From positions 32,001 to 96,000 of the forward strand of contig JAKSOL010000010.1 in the NCBI GenBank assembly GCA_024405635.1: a stretch of 64,000 bases of DNA, given 5' to 3'. The position numbers were made by a program, and so were the translations under genes. Positions 30,433 to 40,571 of the stretch are shown here, piece by piece. Positions within the stretch are counted from its first letter, which is position 1, and every line of letters begins with the position of its first letter. The notes below the pieces were generated by a model. The model searched no databases and was not told the DNA's origin. It was given only the letters and a program-made list of their open reading frames with translations. The DNA is from Salinivirgaceae bacterium. Its GTDB lineage: Bacteria; Bacteroidota; Bacteroidia; Bacteroidales; SZUA-534.

Positions 30433-31572
30433 TTATATCAACGTTTTTAGATATTGTTCTACCCTGTCGAGTGCTATTTTGATATTTTCGAGTGAGTTTG
30501 CATACGAAAAACGAATATAGCCTTCGCCTCGGCTGCCAAAATCGACACCAGGAGTTACTCCAACGTGAGCTTTTTCAAGTATATCGAACGCAAATCGATA
30601 CGAATCGGTTGTAAATCGACTTGCATCGGCAAAAATATAAAACGCACCTTGCGGCTCTGTGTGAATGGTGAATCCCATTTGACGAAGGCGATTTATCATG
30701 TATATACGGCGCTCGTTGTAAATATTGCGCATGCGGTCAACGTCGGCCGATGCTTGTGTAAGTGCCGCAATGCCAGCGCGTTGAGCTATGCTTGGCGCAC
30801 AAATAAAAAGGTTTTGTTGTAGTACTTGAAGGTTGCGCATGTACTCTGGCGGTGCAATTAAATAACCTAATCGCAAGCCTGTCATTGCAAATCGTTTTGA
30901 AAAGCCGTTGAGTACAAATGCGTTTTGCGTATATTCAAGTATTGAGTGAACCTTGCCTTTGTAAACCAATCCGTGGTATATTTCGTCGGAAAGGATTGGT
31001 ATGTTGAGTTCCGAAAGTTGCTGCATCACACTGCCGCTGAGTAATGTCCCTGTTGGATTCATTGGCGAGTTGATAAAAATGGCACGTGTGCGTGGGGTTA
31101 TTGCTTGCTTAACTTTTTCAACATTGAACTGAAAGCCCGATTCGGCAGTTAAATCGACCTCAACGGGCACGCCATTGCATGCTCGTACAAAGTTGCTGTA
31201 ACACGCATAACCTGGATTTGACAGAATTACCTCGCCGCCTGCCTCGCACAGAACCATAATGGCTAATAAAATAGCTGGCGACGACCCCGATGTAACTACA
31301 ATGCAATCGGGATTAACGGTAACACCATATTCTTGATGATAAAAATTGGCAATGGCTTGGCGCAAATCGGCATCGCCTAACGAATGTGAATAATGTGTAA
31401 CACCTTGTTCTACAGCACTTTTAGCTGATTCGGCTACACATGATGGCACATCAAAGTCGGGTTCGCCCACCTCAAGGTGAATAACATCAATACCTTGCGC
31501 TTGCATTGCTTTTGCTCGCTCAAGCACATCCATCACTATGAACGATGTTATGTTATCAATTGCTTTATTCAT
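30433..31572 (-). CDS. PLP-dependent aminotransferase (aspartate aminotransferase subgroup I-gamma-like)
   Basis: GEPDF, NPTG, SDEIY, GFSKRFAMTGLRLG and IRFSYA motifs. Confidence 0.92.
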   Translation of the reverse strand: MNKAIDNITSFIVMDVLERAKAMQAQGIDVIHLEVGEPDFDVPSCVAESAKSAVEQGVTHYSHSLGDADLRQAIANFYHQEYGVTVNPDCIVVTSGSSPAILLAIMVLCEAGGEVILSNPGYACYSNFVRACNGVPVEVDLTAESGFQFNVEKVKQAITPRTRAIFINSPMNPTGTLLSGSVMQQLSELNIPILSDEIYHGLVYKGKVHSILEYTQNAFVLNGFSKRFAMTGLRLGYLIAPPEYMRNLQVLQQNLFICAPSIAQRAGIAALTQASADVDRMRNIYNERRIYMINRLRQMGFTIHTEPQGAFYIFADASRFTTDSYRFAFDILEKAHVGVTPGVDFGSRGEGYIRFSYANSLENIKIALDRVEQYLKTLI

Positions 31573-31595
31573 AAGTAGTTATGTAGCTTGTATTG

Positions 31596-33101
31596 TTACT
31601 TATTAATATTTGTTGCTCCGCTCAATGCGTCAACATTAACTGAGGCATCGGCCTCTACTTGAATAATTTTTCCACGTACTGAATTGCGCAATTCTATTTG
31701 CGTTTTTGGCACTGGGCAAATCATAAAGTCGGAGTTATTAAAGTTTAACAGAAAGTTTTTGTAGAAATCGGGCTCTTCTTGTGGAACCACAAACGGCTTG
31801 CCAAAGTTGCCGTTTGCATCAAAGTAAGCAATAAACGGACGAGTAAAAACGCCGTCGATGCGCTTACTGCCTACTACGAGCCAATGTCCGTTGCTTGACC
31901 ATGCGTGGTTACTTTCGGCAAAGTTGCTGTTTATCTGCGGTTTGGTTAGCTCTCCTGTTTCAACATCAAGCAGCGCAATGTCCGATTGTTTGTTTTGTAT
32001 GGCAAAGTAGCCGCGATTTGCTAAAGTTAATGCCACATAGCGGCCATTGGTTGGGCAAACCTTTGGGAATGAAATACTTGCACCAACTTGCGATGAACGC
32101 AAAACTGTATCAACGCTTCCCCACGAATTGTCGTCAACATTGTAGGTTATGCGGCAAAGGTCGTACAAGTCTTCGGCTTGCGGATTTTGCATTGGATAGG
32201 TGTCGCGTTTTTTACGAGTGATGTAGTAAAGTGTTTTTCCATCGGGAGCCCATGCTGGTAGGTTTTCGAGGTCGGGAGTTGAAAGTCTGGGACAAGTGGT
32301 AAGAGTGTTGGTTTTCATGTTAAGCAACACAATATCTGAAGCGCGGTCGCTTACAAAAATGCGGTCATCGCCACCGCTTGTAAATTGCTGACTAATGGCA
32401 TTGGTTGACATGGCAAGCAAGTATCCATTAGGATTCCACGACGAGTAAACTCCAGCCGACATTGATATTGGAGTTTTAGTGTTGTAGCGTTGCACTTTTC
32501 CGTTGTATATAATATTGGTACCGCCGTTGTGCATGCGCGTGTGAAACATCATTGTGTTTGGATTGTTGTTGCAAAAGGTGTGGCAATTGATGCACGCACG
32601 GTTAACCGACTGACTTTCGATGATTGGCGATTGTTCAAAATTTTCGAGACAACGTTGGTAAAGCCCCATTTTTTCCCAAAGCACATAGCCTGTGTTTATT
32701 AGTCGGTATGCCAAATACGAGTCAACGCTATCGGGTACAACATGCTGAACAATAGGTTGATATTGCGAATAACTACCATCAGCATTTTGCACTGCAATGG
32801 TTATGCTTATTGTTTTTCCGTTTTTCAGTTTTTCCCACACTTTGGCTGGCCACAACACTTTTCCTTGACAATTTTTTAGCACATACGAAAATCCGTTGTC
32901 GTTTTTTGCCTCAACAACAATTGGCAAAACAGTGTCGGCCAACATAAAATTTAGTGGCGCAATGTTACACGGAATGGTAACGCTGACATAATCAGGGAAT
33001 ATATTTGGCTGAGCATCAATCGGTTTGCAATTTGTAGGCATTTGTACTTTTCCGCAAGCCGACAATGCTGCCACCACCATCAGTAATATTATCTTTCTCA
33101 T
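31596..33101 (-). CDS. TolB/PD40-like beta-propeller lipoprotein with a CxxCH motif
   Basis: Lipobox LSAC; IFPDY...IAPLNF; CINCH; repeats SWNPNG, PAWAPDG and AWSSNG. Confidence 0.82.
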   Translation of the reverse strand: MRKIILLMVVAALSACGKVQMPTNCKPIDAQPNIFPDYVSVTIPCNIAPLNFMLADTVLPIVVEAKNDNGFSYVLKNCQGKVLWPAKVWEKLKNGKTISITIAVQNADGSYSQYQPIVQHVVPDSVDSYLAYRLINTGYVLWEKMGLYQRCLENFEQSPIIESQSVNRACINCHTFCNNNPNTMMFHTRMHNGGTNIIYNGKVQRYNTKTPISMSAGVYSSWNPNGYLLAMSTNAISQQFTSGGDDRIFVSDRASDIVLLNMKTNTLTTCPRLSTPDLENLPAWAPDGKTLYYITRKKRDTYPMQNPQAEDLYDLCRITYNVDDNSWGSVDTVLRSSQVGASISFPKVCPTNGRYVALTLANRGYFAIQNKQSDIALLDVETGELTKPQINSNFAESNHAWSSNGHWLVVGSKRIDGVFTRPFIAYFDANGNFGKPFVVPQEEPDFYKNFLLNFNNSDFMICPVPKTQIELRNSVRGKIIQVEADASVNVDALSGATNINK

Positions 33102-33109
33102 AATTTGCT

Positions 33110-34936
33110 CTATTTAATTGAAACCGAATTTTTGGTGATGCTTGGATGTTGAAACGCATAATAGGTCCAGTAACTATGCAAAAAACGAGTTACTGCATAC
33201 TTAGGATTTTGCGCTCGTAATTGCGAAAATGCTTGAAATTCGTTTTGTAAAGCACCACTGATTTTTATCGATTTGGCTAATTCAACAGGTTCGGTTTTTG
33301 AATTGGCGCACGAAGCGAAATAAGCAACTATTCCCTCTTGCCACACTTTTGGCAAATTGCTGGCATTAAAGCCTGGACTATGAGCAAGTAACTGTGCAAA
33401 AGTAGCAAGTTGACTATCGTCATTAACCGACGACGACAACAAGCATGTTGCCAACAAGTAATCGTAGGCAGGTTTGTTGCCCGGATTTTTTCGCACAAAA
33501 TTGAAGATGCTTGTAAGCTGATTGTTGGTGTAAAACACATCGGTTGGCTGCATTTCTCTCATTTGCTCAACATAGTCGCGGTTCAACTTGCTCTTTCCTC
33601 CTGAAATGAACGACCGGCGATCGGCTACAAAACGCTTGCAAAGCATCACTTTATCAAGTCGTTTCAAATACATTTCAGCTTGCTGATAATCGCCTTTAAT
33701 TATCAATAAATCAACAATTTGACGCAACACATATTTACTATATGGCAAATTAGTTTCGGCCTCGTAAGCAAAACGCAATGCGGGTTCAACAAAACCTATT
33801 TGCTTGTACAAATAGCTGCTTGGCATACAAATTTCCCCAACCATTGGCGATTCGATAAACATTCCGTCGATGCCCAACATTTGTGGATAATTGAAAAGCA
33901 TACTACCCATTTGCCCCGTTTTGGCCAACGCCAGGTTGTAACATTGGTTAATGTAACGCTCGTAAACCTTGCACGAGTGACGGTTGTTTAGCGCCAAATC
34001 AATCACGCGATTCCAATCTTCGTAATACGACGCCTTGCGCACTTGAACGCTCACACGCAAAACTGGATTTTCAACATGTGCGGCATAACCAAAGCTAACG
34101 CCAAAAACTGCAACCATTGCCAAGCTTGCAATAATTATACGCAAACGCTGCGAAAATTTATTTACACCAATGCTCGCAAATATCAAAAGTACAGGCACAT
34201 AACTTAACAATGCAACATGTTCGGCCTTAATGGTGCACGATTTAAATAACGGCGATTCTGGAAAAATATTTAAGAATGCCTGTTTGGGCGTAAGTGGCAA
34301 CAAAAACGAGTAGCATACTATTGGATACATCACCGTTACCAACAATATGATTATTTGATGTTTTATTATTGTTTTTCTGTCGGCAACCATCTTACAAACA
34401 GATATAAGCGACATTAAACCAAACATATATAAAAACAACGGACCGCTAATATGATAAACAAGTAAGACAAGAGCAACAAACACCAACTGACGCCATTTTT
34501 CGGGAGCATTTGCAAAAGCCAAAAAAGCCAAAAGTCCAAATATTAGACTTATGTGTATTGAAAAAGCATACAGCAAATCGATCCACGCAACAGCCGAAAA
34601 CACCGCAGGCAAAACAAAAGCAAACAGCTCTATAAGCAATCGGTTTGATGCAACTTTACGTACACTTAAAACCGAAAGCCAACCAACTACCAACGCCATA
34701 AGCACCATAAGCACGGCCCCCTGAAACTTATACACAAAATACTGCTCAACAAACTGCGACATGTAGTATGCCATTCCTCCCGGAACTTTAACAACATCAG
34801 CAAAATACTGAGCATCAAGCACAAACGATGGATTTTGGTAATAATCGAACAGCGATGGGTCGATTTTGAAAAACACATAGGCAAACAAGGTCAAATAAAC
34901 CACAGCAATGCCAAATAGCGTTATTTTTTTCTGCAT
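33110..34936 (-). CDS. DUF6057-like inner-membrane protein
   Basis: N-terminal multi-TM region with PGG..Y..QF; helical soluble C-terminal part with YNLALA..G and AYDYLLA motifs. Confidence 0.72.
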   Translation of the reverse strand: MQKKITLFGIAVVYLTLFAYVFFKIDPSLFDYYQNPSFVLDAQYFADVVKVPGGMAYYMSQFVEQYFVYKFQGAVLMVLMALVVGWLSVLSVRKVASNRLLIELFAFVLPAVFSAVAWIDLLYAFSIHISLIFGLLAFLAFANAPEKWRQLVFVALVLLVYHISGPLFLYMFGLMSLISVCKMVADRKTIIKHQIIILLVTVMYPIVCYSFLLPLTPKQAFLNIFPESPLFKSCTIKAEHVALLSYVPVLLIFASIGVNKFSQRLRIIIASLAMVAVFGVSFGYAAHVENPVLRVSVQVRKASYYEDWNRVIDLALNNRHSCKVYERYINQCYNLALAKTGQMGSMLFNYPQMLGIDGMFIESPMVGEICMPSSYLYKQIGFVEPALRFAYEAETNLPYSKYVLRQIVDLLIIKGDYQQAEMYLKRLDKVMLCKRFVADRRSFISGGKSKLNRDYVEQMREMQPTDVFYTNNQLTSIFNFVRKNPGNKPAYDYLLATCLLSSSVNDDSQLATFAQLLAHSPGFNASNLPKVWQEGIVAYFASCANSKTEPVELAKSIKISGALQNEFQAFSQLRAQNPKYAVTRFLHSYWTYYAFQHPSITKNSVSIK

Positions 34937-35176
34937 AAATAAGAATTAAGGTTTGCCCATTTTGGTTCCAAAAGACTACGACCAAAGCGGTTGGCGAATG
35001 TAACTCTTTATATTGTTAGTTGGTTGTGTTCAGTGTTTGTTGTTTGTAGCAATGAATTTGCTGTTTAGTTGCGAATGAATAATACACACGAGCAGACCTA
35101 CATATTGTTAATAAACAGATACAAGTTTTACGTTTCGACACAAAAAGTCAGCGCTTTGTCAATACAAAAAATATAT

Positions 35177-35196
35177 TTTTGCAACCGATTGCAAAA
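35177..35196. promoter_or_regulatory. LacI-family operator overlapping a -7 promoter box
   Basis: Near-perfect palindrome TTTTGCAACCGATTGCAAAA with central CG; overlaps TATTTTTG at 35174-35181, upstream of the LacI-family gene. Confidence 0.8.
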
Positions 35197-35242
35197 GCGT
35201 AAGTTTTTTATCTATATTTACGAAAAGCAACACAAACGCCAC

Positions 35243-36256
35243 ATGAACAATAACGAAGTAACCATATACGACATAGCCAAAAAATTAGGCATTTCGGCAT
35301 CAACAGTAAGCAGAGCGCTGGCGGGCAACAAATTGATAAAAAAAGCCACCGTTGACCGTGTTCGCCAATGTGCCGAAGAACTTGGCTACCGTAGCAATCC
35401 ATTTGCATCAAACCTACGCCGCGGAGCAACCAACACCATAGGCGTAGTTGTTCACCGGCTCGATAGTCCGTTTGTGTCGAGTTTTTTAATGGGAGCCGAA
35501 CAAACAGCCAACGCAAAAGGATATAACTTGATGATTCTGCAGTCGTTTGAAGATGTTGAGAAAGAGAAAGCAAACCTAAAAACTTTGCTCGACAAGCGCG
35601 TTGACGGCATTATTGCTGCCATAACCCGAAACACAAACAACGTTGACCACTTTAAAAATGTTCAATCGTTTAACATTCCGCTTGTTTTGTTCGACCGTGT
35701 TAGCGAAAAAATTGACTGCCAAAAAGTTGTAATAAACAACTATGCAGCAGCCGCCGAAGTTGCCCAACATTTAATTAGCCAAGGTTGCCACAACATTGTA
35801 AACGCAACTATCAATACACCTATAAGCACATATACCGAACGCACTAAAGGTTTTTCTGACACTTTAAAGAAGTCCAAAATTCAACTTCGCACCATATATA
35901 TGGATAATCTCGATTTTGAATCAGGACAAAAATTAGCCACCGAACTAAAACAAAACATGCCCGACGGAGTATTCTGCCCAAACGACATTTCGGCATGTGG
36001 ACTAATTGTTGGATTGCAACAAATTGGAATAAAAGTACCCGAAGATGTGGCGGTGATTGGATTCAACAACAGCAATGTAAGTCAAGTAATTACACCCAAC
36101 CTTACCACCATTGAATACCCAGCATACGAACTTGGAGTTACTGCTGCAAACAGCCTGCTTGAAGCTATTAGTTTAAAAGGCAGTAACATAATAAACCGCA
36201 CTATAACTTTGCAACATAAACTAATAATTCGCAAATCAAGTATTCACAACAAATAA
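35243..36256 (+). CDS. LacI-family transcriptional regulator of the hexuronate cluster
   Basis: TIYDIAKKLGISASTVSRAL HTH, YRSNPFASNL hinge and a sugar-binding domain; start taken at MNNNEVT. Confidence 0.93.
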   Translation: MNNNEVTIYDIAKKLGISASTVSRALAGNKLIKKATVDRVRQCAEELGYRSNPFASNLRRGATNTIGVVVHRLDSPFVSSFLMGAEQTANAKGYNLMILQSFEDVEKEKANLKTLLDKRVDGIIAAITRNTNNVDHFKNVQSFNIPLVLFDRVSEKIDCQKVVINNYAAAAEVAQHLISQGCHNIVNATINTPISTYTERTKGFSDTLKKSKIQLRTIYMDNLDFESGQKLATELKQNMPDGVFCPNDISACGLIVGLQQIGIKVPEDVAVIGFNNSNVSQVITPNLTTIEYPAYELGVTAANSLLEAISLKGSNIINRTITLQHKLIIRKSSIHNK

Positions 36257-36266
36257 ATTTAACCAT

Positions 36267-38369
36267 ATGAAAATAAACAAATTAACACTCAAATTGTTTA
36301 GTGCAGTAGCCATATTAGGATTGGTATCGTGCTCAAGCAATACACAATTAAACAGCAACATCAACGACCAATTGTGGTTTCACTCGTTACAAATTGGAAG
36401 CCCAGCTGCTTTTCAATCAACAACTATGCAAATTGTAGCCGACAACATTGACAAATATTGGAACGACAAAAGAACTCCAACATTTGACATTAAAAAACTT
36501 AACCCAAACGAAGAACTTGGACACGATGGATTTAAAATCAACATAACCGAATCGGAAATAAATGTTGAATCGAACAGCGAAATAGGTGCATTGTACGCCT
36601 CGTACGAACTGCTACGTATGCAAGAGTGTGGCAAAATGCCTAAAAACGCATCAATAACAAGCGTACCTGCTTTTCAACACCGCGTGCTTAACCACTGGGA
36701 CAACCTTGACGGAACCATTGAACGTGGTTTTGCAGGGCAATCGCTGTGGGATTGGGCAACAATTGACACCGCTAACATTAACAAAAACAGCCAAGTTTAT
36801 GCCGAATATGCTCGTGCAAACGCATCAATAGGCATCAACGGCACTGTACTAAACAACGTTAATGCAAATGCCAACATTCTTACCCCAGAGTATTTGGCTA
36901 AAGTGAAAATGTTGGCCGATATTTTTCGCCCTTACGGTCTGAAAGTGTATTTATCGCTCAACTTTGCATCACCAAAACACTTAGGAAAACTTAAAACTTC
37001 AGATCCACTTGACCGCAACGTTATTAATTGGTGGAGAGAAAAAACAGCCGAGATTTACAAAATAATTCCCGACTTTGGAGGATTTCTTGTAAAAGCCAAC
37101 TCAGAAGGCCAATCAGGACCTCAAGACTACGGTCGCACTCATGCCGATGGCGCTAATATGATTGCCGATGCAATTAAACCTTTTGGCGGCATTGTTATGT
37201 GGCGCGCCTTTGTGTACAACGCACAAAGCCCCGACCGTGCCAAACAAGCTGTTGAAGAATTTTTGCCACTTGACGGTCAATTCCGCGACAACGTGCTCAT
37301 TCAAATTAAAAACGGACCTATCGATTTTCAACCTCGCGAGCCATTTAGCCCACTTTTTGGCCAATTTGAGAAAACTCAAGCAATGGTAGAGGTTCAGATA
37401 ACACAAGAATATTTAGGACATGCTAACCACTTGGTTTACTTGCATCCAATGTGGAAAGAATGCCTTGACTCTGACACATACCAAAAAGGCGAAGGGTCAA
37501 CCGTAGGCGCCATTACCGAAGGAAAAATAATGCCATACAAATACACAGCCATTGCAGGTGTAAGCAACATTGGCAACAACCAAAACTGGTGCGGACATTA
37601 CTTTGCACAAGCCAACTGGTATGCATTTGGCCGAATGGCATGGAATCCACAATTAACATCGCTACAAATTGCAAACGAGTGGATAAAACAAACATTCACT
37701 AGCGATAAAAACTTTGTTGAACCTGTGCGCCAAATGATGATGGGCTCGCGCGAAGCAAACGTACACTACGAAATGCCTTTGGGCTTGCACCATACATTTA
37801 AAGGCCCCGACCACTACGGTCCAGGTCCATGGGATCGTTCAATACGCCCTGACTGGGAACCTGCATACTACCACAAAGCCGCAACCGATGGAGTTGGATT
37901 TGACCGCACTCTTGCAGGCTCAGGCGCTGTGGCTCAATACCACGAACCTTTGAAATCAATATACAACAATGTTAACACCTGCCCCGAAAACCTTATTCTT
38001 TGGTTCCACCACTTACCTTGGGACTACAAGATGAAAAGCGGACGTACTCTATGGAACGAGCTTTGCTACATTTATCAGCAAGGCATTGACGAGGCAAAAA
38101 GTTACATTACAACTTGGGACAACATGCAACAATATGTTGACGCTGAGCGTTTTGCATCGGTTAAAGAAAAACTAGAACGCCAAGCAAAAGATGCAATATG
38201 GTGGCGCGATGCCACAATGCTCTACTTCCAACAATTCTCAAACATGGAGCTTCCTCAAGATTGTTCGCCATTCCAACACACTCTTGACGAACTAATGGAA
38301 TTTAAAATGAACATTACTAACTACGAAAATCCCAAAATTGAAAACCTACCAGAATTTTCACTTAACTAA
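36267..38369 (+). CDS. aguA: GH67 alpha-glucuronidase, lipoprotein
   Basis: NHWDNLDGTIERG, GFLVKANSEGQ, WRAFVY, KNGPIDFQPREP and TQEYLG motifs; lipobox LVSC. Confidence 0.95.
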   Translation: MKINKLTLKLFSAVAILGLVSCSSNTQLNSNINDQLWFHSLQIGSPAAFQSTTMQIVADNIDKYWNDKRTPTFDIKKLNPNEELGHDGFKINITESEINVESNSEIGALYASYELLRMQECGKMPKNASITSVPAFQHRVLNHWDNLDGTIERGFAGQSLWDWATIDTANINKNSQVYAEYARANASIGINGTVLNNVNANANILTPEYLAKVKMLADIFRPYGLKVYLSLNFASPKHLGKLKTSDPLDRNVINWWREKTAEIYKIIPDFGGFLVKANSEGQSGPQDYGRTHADGANMIADAIKPFGGIVMWRAFVYNAQSPDRAKQAVEEFLPLDGQFRDNVLIQIKNGPIDFQPREPFSPLFGQFEKTQAMVEVQITQEYLGHANHLVYLHPMWKECLDSDTYQKGEGSTVGAITEGKIMPYKYTAIAGVSNIGNNQNWCGHYFAQANWYAFGRMAWNPQLTSLQIANEWIKQTFTSDKNFVEPVRQMMMGSREANVHYEMPLGLHHTFKGPDHYGPGPWDRSIRPDWEPAYYHKAATDGVGFDRTLAGSGAVAQYHEPLKSIYNNVNTCPENLILWFHHLPWDYKMKSGRTLWNELCYIYQQGIDEAKSYITTWDNMQQYVDAERFASVKEKLERQAKDAIWWRDATMLYFQQFSNMELPQDCSPFQHTLDELMEFKMNITNYENPKIENLPEFSLN

Positions 38370-38400
38370 CTATAACACAATTATTTAAATAACATAAAAC

Positions 38401-39225
38401 ATGAATAGTAATAATATGTTCAGCATCGAGGGCAAAGTTGCCGTAGTAACAGGCGGTGCTGGTGTATTGGGCGGAAGCATTGCCCAACATTTGGTTGAAC
38501 AAGGAGCAAAAGTGGCAGTGCTTGGTCGCCACAAAGAAAACACCGAGGCAAAAGTTGCCGAATTGCAAGCACTTGGAAAAGGTGAAGTTATGGCCGTTGT
38601 TTCAGACGTTCTTGACGTTGAAAAACTACGCGCAACACGCGAAGAACTAATTGCCAAATGGGGCAAGATTGACATTTTGGTGAACTGCGCAGGCGGTAAC
38701 GTTCCTGGAGCTACAATCCCCGACGACAAATCGGTTTTTGACATGAAAATTGAAGACTTTGAAAAAGTTACAACCATCAACATGAACGGAACCGTATATC
38801 CAAGCATCATATTTGGCGAGGCTATGGCAAAACAAGGTTCTGGTAGCATCATCACCATATCGTCAATGGCATCGTTTCAAGCCATTACACGCGTGCTTGG
38901 CTACGCAATTGCCAAAGGCGGCATTTTGAATTTCACACAATGGATGGCCCAAGAAATGGCTATTAAGTTTGGCGAAAAAGTACGCGTAAACTCCATTGCC
39001 CCAGGCTTTTTCATTGGTAACCAAAACCGTGCACTACTCATTAACCCCGATGGTTCGCTAACCGAACGTAGCAAAAAAGTATTGGCACACACACCAATGC
39101 GCCGCTTTGGCGACATTAGTGAACTTAACGGCACAGTACAATTCCTTTGCTCCGATGCAGCATCGTTCATTACTGGCGCTGTTATTCCAGTTGATGGCGG
39201 ATTTAACTCATTTACAGGCGTTTAA
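38401..39225 (+). CDS. uxuB: D-mannonate oxidoreductase (SDR type)
   Basis: TGGAGVLG, NCAGGN, YAIAK and PGFFIGNQNR motifs; adjacent to uxuA. Confidence 0.87.
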   Translation: MNSNNMFSIEGKVAVVTGGAGVLGGSIAQHLVEQGAKVAVLGRHKENTEAKVAELQALGKGEVMAVVSDVLDVEKLRATREELIAKWGKIDILVNCAGGNVPGATIPDDKSVFDMKIEDFEKVTTINMNGTVYPSIIFGEAMAKQGSGSIITISSMASFQAITRVLGYAIAKGGILNFTQWMAQEMAIKFGEKVRVNSIAPGFFIGNQNRALLINPDGSLTERSKKVLAHTPMRRFGDISELNGTVQFLCSDAASFITGAVIPVDGGFNSFTGV

Positions 39226-39246
39226 TCTTTCAAAATTCAGCATAAA

Positions 39247-40455
39247 ATGGCACTCGAAAAAACTTGGCGTTGGTTTGGACCCAACGATAAAATAACCCTC
39301 GACATGCTTGTTCAAATGGGTGTTGAAGGTGTTGTAACTGCACTTCACCACCTGCCTATTGGCGTGGTTTGGACAAAAGAAGAGATAATGAAACTGAAAA
39401 ACGAAATTGAAAGTCACGGACTTCGTTGGAGCGTGGTTGAAAGCCTTCCAGTTTCAGAAGACATTAAAATATGTGGTCCAAACAGAGAACAACACATTGC
39501 CAATTATAAAGAAAGCCTTAAAAACCTTGGCGAATGCGGCATCGACACCGTTTGCTACAACTTTATGCCAGTGCTTGACTGGTGCCGCACATCGCTCACA
39601 TACAAACACAACGGCGGTGGCGAAGGTTTGTATTTTGACTACTACACATTTGTTGCATTCGACGTGTTTATGCTTGAGCGTCCAAACGCAAAAGCCGACT
39701 ATGACGCCGAAACACTTCAGAAAGCTGAGGCTATTTTCAAATCGCTATCAAAAGAAGATGTTGACAAACTAGTTTACAACATTATTGTGGTAACACAAGG
39801 CTTTGTAAACGGCGTGATTGACGGCAGTGTAAAAGACCCCAAAGGACTATTCCTTGAATACATTTCGAAGTACAAAAACATAACAAAAGAGCAATATCGC
39901 GCCAACATGAAGGCGTTTATTGACGACGTTGTTCCAACTTGCGAGCAATACAATGTTAATTTGTGCGTTCACCCCGACGACCCACCATTCCCTGTTCTTG
40001 GAATGCCACGCATTGTTGGTTGCGCCGACGACTTGCGCTGGTTGCGCCAGGCTAACCCATCGTTGCGCAATGGTATAACATACTGCACAGGATCGCTTAG
40101 CGGTAGGCCCGACAACGACCTTGTGGCCATTGCCGAAGAGTTTGCTGATGCTATTCATTTTGTTCACTTACGCAACACTCAGTTCATTGGGTTCAAATCG
40201 TTTTACGAGAGCGGTCACCTAAAAGGCAGCCTTGACATGCCTGGCATTGTTAATGCTTTGCTAAAAGAACAACACCGACGCATTGCCGAGGGCCGAAAAG
40301 ATATTCGCATGCCGTTCCGTCCCGACCACGGAATTCGCATTCTTACCGACCTTGATAACGACATTTACAATGCAGGCTATCCTCTTTGCGGTCGCATGCG
40401 CGGATTGTCAGAAATATCGGGTTTAATGGCTGGCATTGAGTACAACATGAAGTAG
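39247..40455 (+). CDS. uxuA: mannonate dehydratase
   Basis: TWRWFG, VVESLPV, CYNFMPVLDW, HPDDPP, HLRN and RPDHG motifs. Confidence 0.97.
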   Translation: MALEKTWRWFGPNDKITLDMLVQMGVEGVVTALHHLPIGVVWTKEEIMKLKNEIESHGLRWSVVESLPVSEDIKICGPNREQHIANYKESLKNLGECGIDTVCYNFMPVLDWCRTSLTYKHNGGGEGLYFDYYTFVAFDVFMLERPNAKADYDAETLQKAEAIFKSLSKEDVDKLVYNIIVVTQGFVNGVIDGSVKDPKGLFLEYISKYKNITKEQYRANMKAFIDDVVPTCEQYNVNLCVHPDDPPFPVLGMPRIVGCADDLRWLRQANPSLRNGITYCTGSLSGRPDNDLVAIAEEFADAIHFVHLRNTQFIGFKSFYESGHLKGSLDMPGIVNALLKEQHRRIAEGRKDIRMPFRPDHGIRILTDLDNDIYNAGYPLCGRMRGLSEISGLMAGIEYNMK

Positions 40456-40483
40456 TATTTTTTTCATTAATTATTGTTTTTTG

Positions 40484-40510
40484 AAGCGCGGGGAAACCTG
40501 CGCTTTTTTT
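40484..40510 (+). terminator. intrinsic terminator
   Basis: AAGCGCGGG-GAAA-CCTGCGCTT hairpin followed by a T run. Confidence 0.85.
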
Positions 40511-40571
40511 GCTTTAAACAACAAGCAAACGAACCATACCTAAGCATTGTAAGTTGATTACCTTTGCGGCC

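Noticed and set aside
35069-35242. N-terminal extensions in the ORF track (LacI, and likewise at 2722, 5903, 7686, 17588, 30376)
   Set aside because: They run through promoter, operator or terminator sequence; downstream ATGs match family N-termini.
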